Positions 25,212-32,000 of a DNA stretch of 32,000 nucleotides are shown here, piece by piece. The stretch spans positions 1,927,436 through 1,959,435 of the forward strand of contig NC_003902.1 in assembly GCF_000007145.1 (NCBI RefSeq), read 5' to 3'. Numbering within the stretch: position 1 is the first letter of the stretch; each line of letters begins with the position of its first letter. The DNA comes from Xanthomonas campestris pv. campestris str. ATCC 33913. GTDB taxonomy: Bacteria; Pseudomonadota; Gammaproteobacteria; Xanthomonadales; Xanthomonadaceae. The position numbers and the translations under genes were made by a program. Under the pieces are notes generated by a model, which did no database searches, was not told the origin of the DNA, and worked only from the letters and a program-made list of their open reading frames with translations.

Positions 25212-26336
25212 GTGCACGTGGCCCATCTCAATCTGCTGCCCGCGCCAAGCGGCTGGGACGCCGTGCAGGTATTCGCGCAGTGGCCATCGCTGGCCGACAT
25301 TGCCGAAGCAGTCGCCAGCACCGGCACCCAGGTGACGGTACTGCAGGTGGCTGCGCACACCGAGCAGCTGACACGGCAGGGCGTGGCGTATCACTTTCTC
25401 GACCCTGGCAAACGCGGCAGCGCCGTACGTGCGCGGCGGCTGGCTGATCTGTTGCAACAGCTCGACGTTGCGGTGATCCATGTACATGGGCTGGAATTTG
25501 CCGGCGATGCACGGCGCCTCGCACGGTTGTTGCCGCAGGTGCCGATCGTGCTGCAGGACCATGCCAATCGGCCGCCGCGCTGGTGGCGCAGGCCGGTGTG
25601 GCGCGCGCGCTACGCGGCGGCGGCCGGCATCGCGTTCACCTCGCTGGCGCTGGCGCAGCCCTTCGTCCGTGCCAGGCTGTTTGGGCCGCGCACGCAGCTG
25701 TTTGCGATCCCCGAATCGAGCAGCCGCTTCACGCCGGGCGACCGCATCCAGGCGCGCGCGGTCACCGGCCTGGCCGGCGACCCATGCGTGCTGTGGGTTG
25801 GCCATTTGAGCGAGGGCAAGGACCCGCTGTGCGTGCTGGATGCCGTGGCCATGGCGGCAGCGCGCTTGCCTGGCCTGCGGCTGTGGTGCGCCTTCCATGA
25901 GGCGCCGCTGCTGGAGGCGGTGCGCCAGCGCATCCACGACGACCCACGGCTTGCATCACGCGTGCACTTGCTGGGCAAGGTCACGCATGCGCAGATTCAG
26001 CAGCTGCAGCGGGCGGCGGATGTGTTCGTCTCCGCAAGTCATGCGGAAAGTTGCGGCTATGCCGCGCTGGAAGCCTATGCCTGCGGAACGCTGCCGCTGC
26101 TGAGCGACATTCCCGCCTTCCGCGCGCTCAGCGACAACGCGTCCATGGGCGCGCTGTTTCCGGTGGGGGATGCCGCGCGCCTGTCCGATCTTCTGGTGGC
26201 GCACGCACGCCAGCGCCCCGGCCGGGCGCGGGTGCGTGCGTATTTTGATGCGCGGTTGTCGTTTGCCGCAGTGGGCCGGCAATGGCGCGACGCCTACACA
26301 CAGGTGCTGCGCACGGCAGCGGGGCAACGGCAATGA
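25212..26336 (+). CDS. GT4-family (GT-B fold) glycosyltransferase
   Basis: 'VHVAHLNLL' N-terminus and the C-terminal EX7E-type block 'ADVFVSASHAESCGYAALEAYACGTLPLLSDIPAF'. The start is GTG 25212, with GGGGA 6 nt upstream. The N-terminal 166 aa of the track ORF (from 24714) overlap the methyltransferase off-frame. Confidence 0.85.
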   Translation: MHVAHLNLLPAPSGWDAVQVFAQWPSLADIAEAVASTGTQVTVLQVAAHTEQLTRQGVAYHFLDPGKRGSAVRARRLADLLQQLDVAVIHVHGLEFAGDARRLARLLPQVPIVLQDHANRPPRWWRRPVWRARYAAAAGIAFTSLALAQPFVRARLFGPRTQLFAIPESSSRFTPGDRIQARAVTGLAGDPCVLWVGHLSEGKDPLCVLDAVAMAAARLPGLRLWCAFHEAPLLEAVRQRIHDDPRLASRVHLLGKVTHAQIQQLQRAADVFVSASHAESCGYAALEAYACGTLPLLSDIPAFRALSDNASMGALFPVGDAARLSDLLVAHARQRPGRARVRAYFDARLSFAAVGRQWRDAYTQVLRTAAGQRQ

Positions 26337-27445
26337 AACTGGCGGTAGTGGTGCCCGGTGGCGTGGATCGCAGCGGCGAAGTGCGCGTGATTCCGGTGTT
26401 TCTGACCTTGATCGACTGGTTGGCACGCAACCACGAGGTGCATGTGTTCGTGCTGCACCAGGAGCCGGAACCGGCGACCTGGATGCTGCGCGGCGCCACC
26501 GTGCACAACATCGGCCAACACCGCACCCGCCTGCGTGCCATCGCCGCGATCCGCGAGGAGCATCGGCGCGCGCCATTCGACGTGGTGCAGGCCCTGTTTT
26601 CAGGCTATTGCAGCTTGATCGCGGTGGTGGCGGCCAAGCTGCTGCGGCGGCCCAGCGTGGTGCATATCGCCGGCGGCGAGTTGGTGGCGCTGCACGGCAT
26701 CGGCTACGGCGGCCGCCGGCGTTGGCGCGGGCGCCTGCGCGAGGCGGTGATCCTGCGCCTGGCAGACCGTGTCACCGCGGCCAGCCTGCCCATCATTGCT
26801 TCGTTGCATGCGCTGGGCGTGACGGCGCAGCGTGTGCCGCTGGGCGTGGACCTGCGCGCGTGGCCACCGGCGCCGCCGCGGGCACGCAGCGGCGGTGTGG
26901 CGCGGCTGCTGCACGTGGCCAGCCTCAACCCGGTCAAGGATCAGACCACCTTGCTGCGCGCCCTGGCTGCCCTCAAGCGTGCCGGTGTGGCGTTCGTGGT
27001 GGACATCGTCGGTGTGGACACGCTCGACGGCAGGATCCACGCATTGGCCGAACAGCTGGATCTCGGCGCGCAGGTGCGCTTTGTGGGCTTCAAGACACAG
27101 CGCGAATTGCGCCCGATCATGCAGTCCGCCGATCTGCTGCTGATGTCCTCGCTGCACGAAGCCGGGCCGATGGTGTTACTGGAGGCCGCGCTGGTGGGCG
27201 TGCCCACGGTGGGTACGGCGGTGGGCCATCTGGCCGAGTGGGCGCCGAGCGCCGCACTGGCGGTACCACCGGGCGATTGGGCCGGCCTGGCCGAAGCGAT
27301 CCGCCAGGTGCTGGCCGACGACGAACTGCGCCTGCGGCTTGCCTGGGCCGCGCAATGCCGCGCCACCCGCGAAGATGCCGGGCTGACCACCCGGCTGTTC
27401 GAAACACTGTACCGCGAACTCTGCGCGGAGCGACCGTTGCGCTGA
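26333..27445 (+). CDS. GT4-family (GT-B fold) glycosyltransferase
   Basis: 'MKLAVVVPGG' and 'ADLLLMSSLHEAGPMVLLEAALVGVPTVGTAVGHL'. An ATGA overlap links it to the preceding GT4. Confidence 0.85.
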   Translation: MKLAVVVPGGVDRSGEVRVIPVFLTLIDWLARNHEVHVFVLHQEPEPATWMLRGATVHNIGQHRTRLRAIAAIREEHRRAPFDVVQALFSGYCSLIAVVAAKLLRRPSVVHIAGGELVALHGIGYGGRRRWRGRLREAVILRLADRVTAASLPIIASLHALGVTAQRVPLGVDLRAWPPAPPRARSGGVARLLHVASLNPVKDQTTLLRALAALKRAGVAFVVDIVGVDTLDGRIHALAEQLDLGAQVRFVGFKTQRELRPIMQSADLLLMSSLHEAGPMVLLEAALVGVPTVGTAVGHLAEWAPSAALAVPPGDWAGLAEAIRQVLADDELRLRLAWAAQCRATREDAGLTTRLFETLYRELCAERPLR

Positions 27446-27449
27446 TCAA

Positions 27450-27477
27450 CTGCAGGTTGGCCTCAGGCCGGCTGCAG
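27450..27477. terminator. imperfect hairpin at a convergent gene junction
   Basis: CTGCAG(GTT)GGCC-TCA-GGCC(GG)CTGCAG. The outer 6-bp and inner 4-bp stems are separated by a small internal loop. The 3-nt hairpin loop is the minus-strand stop codon (27463-27465). Confidence 0.3.
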
Positions 27478-28704
27478 ATACCCATCCAGCGCCGCGCGCA
27501 CCACGTATAGCATGTCGGTGCGTGGCACCGGCCGGGTGAGGCGCGTCATCAGTCGCCGCGTCTGTGACTGGCGCACCCATGGCTGGTCTTGCAGCCACAG
27601 CTGCGTGCGCAGCATGTCGGCGCGCTCCTTGCGGCTCTCTGCCGACGGCGCGATGCGCTGGCGCAGGTACTGGCGTGCCTCGCCCAGCGAACGTGACCAT
27701 TCGATGCCGGGCAACGCCGGCAGCCACAGGTTGGAGCAGGACGCGGTCGTCAAGGTCAGGCGCGCGGCGCGCATCCGCAACAGTGGCGCACACTGCGCAC
27801 GCAGGCGTGCGAGCACCGCGGCCGGCACCACATCGCCGTAGTAGCGCTGCAGCAACAGCAGCGGCGGCAACGCCCACCACGGCGGCGCAGCGCTGTCTTC
27901 CCACAGCACCTCCCAATCGCGCGGGCCCATGCGTGTGACCAGCAGTGCCAGGTCGTGCAGGTGCATCAGGCGGATGCTGCGGTGGCAGATACCGCCGGCG
28001 GCGTGCAGCAGCAAATGGCACATCAACGCGCCAATCGACGGATAGGCGTTCAGACCGGGCTGCGGACGCTCCGGCAGTACACGCGCGGTGATGTCCACAC
28101 ACGCCACCGGCAAGCGTTCCTGGATGCGCGTGTGCAGCTCGATGCTGATCGGTGCATCGCGGTGCTCGCCCAGCCCGGCCACGGCCTCGCCGTGCACCGG
28201 CTTGAACACCTGGTGCTTCCATTGGTCGAACGAGGCCACATAGCCCAGCGCACACAGCAGCTCGGCCGCACGCGGCGCGTCCTCAGCCTCTACCAATAGA
28301 TCGATGTCGGCCATGGGCCGGTCGCCGGGCAGATACACGCCCAGCCGATGCAGGGCAGTGCCCTTGAGTCCAGTCACTGCAATGCCGGCGCTTCTTGCGG
28401 CGGCATCGATCTGGGTCAACAGCAAGGCGATGCGGCGATGGCGATGCGCCACGTGCGCACGCTGCTCATCGAGGAAGCGTGTCCATTCGGCTGTCTGCCA
28501 CAGCGATTGGCGTTGCAGCAGCGGCGAAACGCCATGTGCGGCGGCGGCAGCGGCTGCCAGCTGCCATTGCAGGCGATCCCAGCGTGGCGGCGCGTCGCTG
28601 GGCTGCGCAAGCTCCCGGGCGAGCCGTTCGGTGGCCGTGCGCAGGCCGTGTTTGATCGTGCGAAGCGAAGGCTGCATCGAGGCAATCCGGAAAAGAGGTA
28701 ACAA
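27463..28704 (-). CDS. uncharacterised nucleotidyltransferase-family protein (PF14907 / NTP_transf_5-like)
   Basis: 'IAVTGLKGTALHRLGVYLPGDRPMADIDLLVEAEDAPRAAELLCALGY' and 'ISIELHTRI' match the pattern of this family. The track start is TTG 28704, with ATG 28677 as an alternative. Confidence 0.7.
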   Translation of the reverse strand: MLPLFRIASMQPSLRTIKHGLRTATERLARELAQPSDAPPRWDRLQWQLAAAAAAAHGVSPLLQRQSLWQTAEWTRFLDEQRAHVAHRHRRIALLLTQIDAAARSAGIAVTGLKGTALHRLGVYLPGDRPMADIDLLVEAEDAPRAAELLCALGYVASFDQWKHQVFKPVHGEAVAGLGEHRDAPISIELHTRIQERLPVACVDITARVLPERPQPGLNAYPSIGALMCHLLLHAAGGICHRSIRLMHLHDLALLVTRMGPRDWEVLWEDSAAPPWWALPPLLLLQRYYGDVVPAAVLARLRAQCAPLLRMRAARLTLTTASCSNLWLPALPGIEWSRSLGEARQYLRQRIAPSAESRKERADMLRTQLWLQDQPWVRQSQTRRLMTRLTRPVPRTDMLYVVRAALDGYLQPA

Positions 28705-28729
28705 CGGTGGTGCAGGGCCGTGGCGCGTT

Positions 28730-30217
28730 TCAGCCGACCAGCACGCTGGCCAGCTGGCGCACTGGTCGCGCCGCCGCCATCAACGGTTCGGTGCGATGTG
28801 CGTGCTCGGAGGCGATCAAGCTGTCCCAGCGCTGCTCCAGCGCTTGCCACGCCTGCGCATACGCCAGATCGCCCATCGTGGTGCGCGCCTGCTGCAGGTC
28901 CACTTCGGTGTGCAGCAGGTTGCGCACGCTGCGGTAGAACTCCGAGTCGTAGGCACCGCGGAACATCATTGCCAGGTCGTCGCTGTCCTGCCAATGCGTC
29001 TTGCCACCCAGCTGGTTTTTCACTTCCTCGTAGAACTTGGTGCCGGGCAGCGGATACGACACGCTGACACCGATGAGATCCGGTGCGGCCTCGCGCACCA
29101 AGGCGCGGGTGGCCAGGATGTCGACGAGTTCTTCGCCCAGATAGCCCAGCTGGATGAAGAAGCCCACGCGGATCCCGCGCGCACCCAGGCGGCGGCGTGC
29201 GGCGATGACATCGGCCACCTGCGTGCCCTTGGTCATCTTGTCTAGGATGCGCTGGCTCCCGCTTTCCGCGCCCAGCCACGCCTCGGCGCAACCGGCACGC
29301 GCCAGGGCGGTAGCCATGCGGTCGCTGGCAAGATCGGCGCGCGTCTGGATCATGAAGGGGATCGCACCATCGGCATCGCTGAGCTGCTCGGCGAAGGTTT
29401 CCACCCAGTCGATATGGAAGCCGAAGATGTCATCGGCCATCCAGATGTGATCGGGCCCAAATGTGCGCTTGAGGTGGATCATCTCTGCGGCCACGTCTTC
29501 TGCGCTGCGGCGCTTGTAGTGGTTGCCCCAGATCGGCTTGGCGCACCAGTTGCAGCGGAACGGGCAGCCGCGCGAGGCGGCCATGTTGAGGCTGAAATAG
29601 CCGTGGCGTTGTTGCCAGAAGGTGCGATAGCGCGGGATGTCCACCAGATCCCACGCGGGCAATCCGCCCAGCCGCGCATCCGGCGGCTGCGCGCCCACGT
29701 GTTCGCGAGCGGCGGCAGGATGCGCGGTGGCGATGCGTGCCACGCCGTCCAGCCAGGTGTCGGGTGCGCATTGCGGGTTCGCGTCCAACCGCGCCACCAG
29801 TTCCAGCAACGGCGCGATACCTTCGTCGATCAACACTGCATCGGCACCGGCGGCCAGAAACACATCCGGGTTGTCGGAGGCATCGGAGCCGGCCACCAGC
29901 ACGCGGCAGCCCTGCGCGCGCGCGGTGGCGATCATCGTGCAGGCCGCCTCGCGCATGCGGCTCAGGCACATCTTGGTGAGGAAGTTGAAGTTGTCTTCGT
30001 AGAACACCACCAGGTCCGGCTGCGCCGCCTGCAGCGCGCCGGGGTAGTCCTGCACGTCGTCGGCAAGCATGGCATCGAACAGGCTCAAACGATGGCCGTG
30101 TTCGCGCAGCAAGGCGGCCACCTGCAACGTGGCAAGCGGCGGATAGGGCTTGCCGCGTTCCCATTGTTTGGGGTCGTAACGCAGGAAGTACGAATGGCTG
30201 ACCTGGATCTTTAGCAT
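28730..30217 (-). CDS. B12-binding-domain radical SAM enzyme (class B)
   Basis: An N-terminal Rossmann-like B12-binding segment ('PPLATLQVAALLREHGHRLSLFD..PDLVVFYED..RVLVAGSDASDNP') is followed by 'ASRGCPFRCNWCAKP' (CX3CX2C) and 'AWLGAESGSQRILDKMTKG'. The start is ATG 30217 ('MLKIQVSH'). The remaining 300 aa of the 795-aa track ORF are not supported. Confidence 0.85.
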   Translation of the reverse strand: MLKIQVSHSYFLRYDPKQWERGKPYPPLATLQVAALLREHGHRLSLFDAMLADDVQDYPGALQAAQPDLVVFYEDNFNFLTKMCLSRMREAACTMIATARAQGCRVLVAGSDASDNPDVFLAAGADAVLIDEGIAPLLELVARLDANPQCAPDTWLDGVARIATAHPAAAREHVGAQPPDARLGGLPAWDLVDIPRYRTFWQQRHGYFSLNMAASRGCPFRCNWCAKPIWGNHYKRRSAEDVAAEMIHLKRTFGPDHIWMADDIFGFHIDWVETFAEQLSDADGAIPFMIQTRADLASDRMATALARAGCAEAWLGAESGSQRILDKMTKGTQVADVIAARRRLGARGIRVGFFIQLGYLGEELVDILATRALVREAAPDLIGVSVSYPLPGTKFYEEVKNQLGGKTHWQDSDDLAMMFRGAYDSEFYRSVRNLLHTEVDLQQARTTMGDLAYAQAWQALEQRWDSLIASEHAHRTEPLMAAARPVRQLASVLVG

Positions 30218-30436
30218 CTGCGCAAGGTTCTCGTTCTGTCGCCAGGTGGGCGCAGCAGCGGCGCGCGCAAGACACCGGCATTCGGCTCGGCAGTAGGTGC
30301 GCATGCAAGCCACTTTGGTTGTGCCGATGCACGAGCCGTGCGCTGCGCGCCGTTCATGCGCGCGGCGGGCAATGCACGCAACCTTTCGGCGGCCGAGCCG
30401 CACACACCGGCTGAACTTGTGCACGGATGAAACGGC

Positions 30437-31525
30437 ATGCCGCAATCGGCCGCAGTGGCGGAATTGGCGCCAATCAGCGCGTTGCGGGCGGAGCGCGCGC
30501 ACGCTGCAATGCCGGCCCCGCTGGATCCGTTTGACGAGCAAGGGCCACGCCGGCATGGCGTGCGCAAGCAGGTACTTGGCGCGTCGTTCCACTTCGAAAG
30601 CGACAGCCCGGCGCTGCTTTCGCTGGTTGAGGCCGCGTACGCCGGGCTGCCTGCGCATCGCTTCGATGGCGCCCCGCAGTTCCATATCACCCTGGATGTG
30701 GTGGCGCGTGCGCCGCGGCTGCCGGTGGCCGAGCCGCCGCCGGTTCGCACGCATGCCGCTGCCGGTCTGCTGTGCGGGGTGATGGACGAATGCAACTACC
30801 TGATGGTGTCGGTCGCCGAGCGGCGCGCCATGGTGGTGGTGTCGGACGACATGCTGATGCATGCCTATCACCTGCGCTACGAGTTGATCGAATTCGCGGT
30901 GTTCCTGTTGGCAGCGCGTGGCATGTCGCTGGTGCCGCTGCACGGCGCCTGCGTTGGCTGGCAGGGACATGGTGCGCTCTTGCTCGGGGCCAGTGGCGCC
31001 GGCAAGTCGACCCTGGCCTTGCACAGCCTGTTGCGTGGGCTGCAGTTCGTGGCAGAAGACGGTGTCTTTGTGGAGCCGCACAGCCTGGTCGCAACCGGTG
31101 TAGCCAATTTCCTGCACCTGCGGCCGGCATCACTGGGCCTGCTGGACGCACCCACCCGCGCCTGGATCAGTGCGGCCCCCACCATCCGGCGGCGCAGCGG
31201 GGTGGAAAAGTTCGAGGTCGATCTGCGCGATAGCCGCGCGGTGCTCGCGCCGGCCCCGCTGCCGTTGGCGGCGGTGGTGTTGCTGAGCGATGTGCCGGCC
31301 ACCGATCCGGCCCACCTGCTGACGCCAATGGCGCACGAGGAGATCGCTGCATGCCTGGCGGCGGATCAGCCATATGCAGCTGGCCAGCCCGGCTGGTCGC
31401 ATTTCATCGCGCAGGTGCAGCAGCGTGGCGTATACCGCATGCAACGCGGCGCGCATCCGGATGCCGCAGTGGATGCGCTGCTGCAGCTGCTGCACCGCGC
31501 CGCATCCTCACTGCCGGGCGCGTGA
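30437..31525 (+). CDS. HPr kinase/phosphorylase C-terminal-domain-like (HprK-related) putative serine kinase
   Basis: 'MSLVPLHGACVGWQGHGALLLGASGAGKSTLALHSLLRGLQFVAEDGVFV' has the P-loop and surrounding strands of the HprK C-domain. The N-terminal 150 aa or so have no motif I recognise. ATG 30509 is an alternative start. Confidence 0.7.
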   Translation: MPQSAAVAELAPISALRAERAHAAMPAPLDPFDEQGPRRHGVRKQVLGASFHFESDSPALLSLVEAAYAGLPAHRFDGAPQFHITLDVVARAPRLPVAEPPPVRTHAAAGLLCGVMDECNYLMVSVAERRAMVVVSDDMLMHAYHLRYELIEFAVFLLAARGMSLVPLHGACVGWQGHGALLLGASGAGKSTLALHSLLRGLQFVAEDGVFVEPHSLVATGVANFLHLRPASLGLLDAPTRAWISAAPTIRRRSGVEKFEVDLRDSRAVLAPAPLPLAAVVLLSDVPATDPAHLLTPMAHEEIAACLAADQPYAAGQPGWSHFIAQVQQRGVYRMQRGAHPDAAVDALLQLLHRAASSLPGA

Positions 31526-31549
31526 GCGCATGGCGCACGACGTGAACCC

Positions 31550-32000
31550 ATGACGAGCGCTGAAATGGACGCCGCCACATCGCGTGCATCGGTCCGCGTG
31601 GTGGTGCGCAACTTTGCCGCCACGCTGGTGCGTGCCGATCGCAGCCGCATTGCGCTCTACGTGCTGCTGTCGCTCGCCGCCGCTTTGGCGGGCAGCGCGG
31701 TGGCCGTGTGCCTGGTGCCGCTGGTGCAGCCCGGCCAGGGCCTGCGCGTGGCCGGGCAGGTACTGGTCCTGCCCGGCGGCCTGCCATTGCAGGCAAGCCT
31801 GTTCGTCCTGGTGAGCCTGCTGTTTGCCGTGTTGCGCTGGCAGAGCGCGCGGTTGGCGGCCCGCTTGACCAGCCGCTATGCCATTGGCCTGCGCCAGCGC
31901 GTGCATGCCTCCTTGCTCGAGGCGCCATTGCCGGCCTTGGCCGATGCCAGCTCGGCGGAAATCGCCAACGTGCTGACCTACAACATCGAGATCGCCACGC
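31550..32000 (+). CDS. 5' part of a fused ABC exporter: ABC_membrane transmembrane domain, truncated by the window edge
   Basis: I translated this by hand because it is absent from the track (there is no stop before the window end). 'MTSAEMDAATSRASVRVVVRNFAATLVRADRSRIALYVLLSLAAALAGSAVAVCLVPLVQ...LFVLVSLLFAVLRW...LRQRVHASLLEAPLPALADASSAEIANVLTYNIEIAT' shows the TM1/TM2 and 'xGEixxxLxxDxxxi'-type pattern of type I exporters. It starts 24 nt after the kinase stop. Confidence 0.65.
   Translation, partial: MTSAEMDAATSRASVRVVVRNFAATLVRADRSRIALYVLLSLAAALAGSAVAVCLVPLVQPGQGLRVAGQVLVLPGGLPLQASLFVLVSLLFAVLRWQSARLAARLTSRYAIGLRQRVHASLLEAPLPALADASSAEIANVLTYNIEIAT

Noticed and set aside
30297-30782. A 161-aa plus-strand ORF starting in the divergent spacer. 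I considered it as a possible precursor or PqqD-like gene for the kinase/radical SAM module.
   Set aside because: It reads out of frame through the first third of the HprK-like gene. It is Arg/Cys/Ala-rich with no PqqD-like or leader-core pattern. No short stand-alone ORF with a plausible ribosome-binding site exists in 30218-30436.
30218-31117. The upstream 300 aa of the 795-aa track ORF containing the radical SAM enzyme. This includes a possible 29-codon Cys-rich in-frame extension from ATG 30304 ('MRTYCRAECRCLARAAAAPTWRQNENLAQ').
   Set aside because: The far-upstream part runs antisense through the HprK-like gene and is shadow-like. The short extension cannot be excluded, since about three quarters of its codons end in G/C. 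However, B12-binding radical SAM proteins normally begin directly with the first beta-strand ('MLKIQV..'), so I kept ATG 30217.
1-32000. A search for CRISPR arrays, IS elements or transposases, integrases, tRNA/rRNA genes, and toxin-antitoxin or known phage-defence genes.
   Set aside because: I saw no regularly spaced repeats longer than about 12 bp and no transposase or integrase motif in any frame. No intergenic region is long enough or shaped like a tRNA. The only repeats are the short promoter-region motifs reported above.

Overview
This is a high-GC, gene-dense bacterial chromosomal window. Gene content looks gammaproteobacterial and Xanthomonadaceae-like, but I cannot verify that without a search. 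I saw no rRNA, tRNA, CRISPR array or IS/transposase. Most long ORFs in the supplied track are antisense or off-frame shadows caused by high GC. I support about 35 genes plus a few structural elements.

Left to right:
(1) 1-4583: a signalling island. A KaiC-like double-RecA ATPase overlaps the start of a soluble hybrid histidine kinase, and two further closely related receiver domains lie nearby.
(2) 4621-9823, minus strand: a tightly overlapped System I cytochrome c maturation operon, ccmCDEFGHI, without ccmAB. An ECF sigma / anti-sigma / S8 protease trio (9832-12376) sits directly upstream, 8 nt from ccmC.
(3) 12439-15917, minus strand: an envelope redox cluster of cytochrome b561, a fused CXXCH-plus-beta-barrel outer-membrane protein (Cyc2-like architecture), a class I cytochrome c, and a Gcw_chp-type outer-membrane protein.
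(4) 16221-22146, plus strand: a Wzx/Wzy/Wzz-type glycan locus. It has FdtA-type 3,4-ketoisomerase and DegT-type aminotransferase genes, a decayed acetyltransferase remnant between them, and a low-GC mosaic patch.
(5) 22308-27445, plus strand: a translationally coupled operon of methyltransferase, amidohydrolase, methyltransferase, small ORF, GT4 and GT4.
(6) 27463-32000: an NTP_transf_5 nucleotidyltransferase and a B12-binding radical SAM enzyme lie divergent from an HprK-like kinase and an ABC exporter. The exporter ORF runs off the window and is absent from the track.

The best candidates for an undescribed system are block (6), possibly acting with (5), and the Cyc2-like redox cluster (3). 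Block (6) has the parts of a peptide-maturation cassette, but no lasso enzymes, no PqqD and no visible precursor. All family assignments come from motifs read by eye and need HMM or BLAST confirmation.
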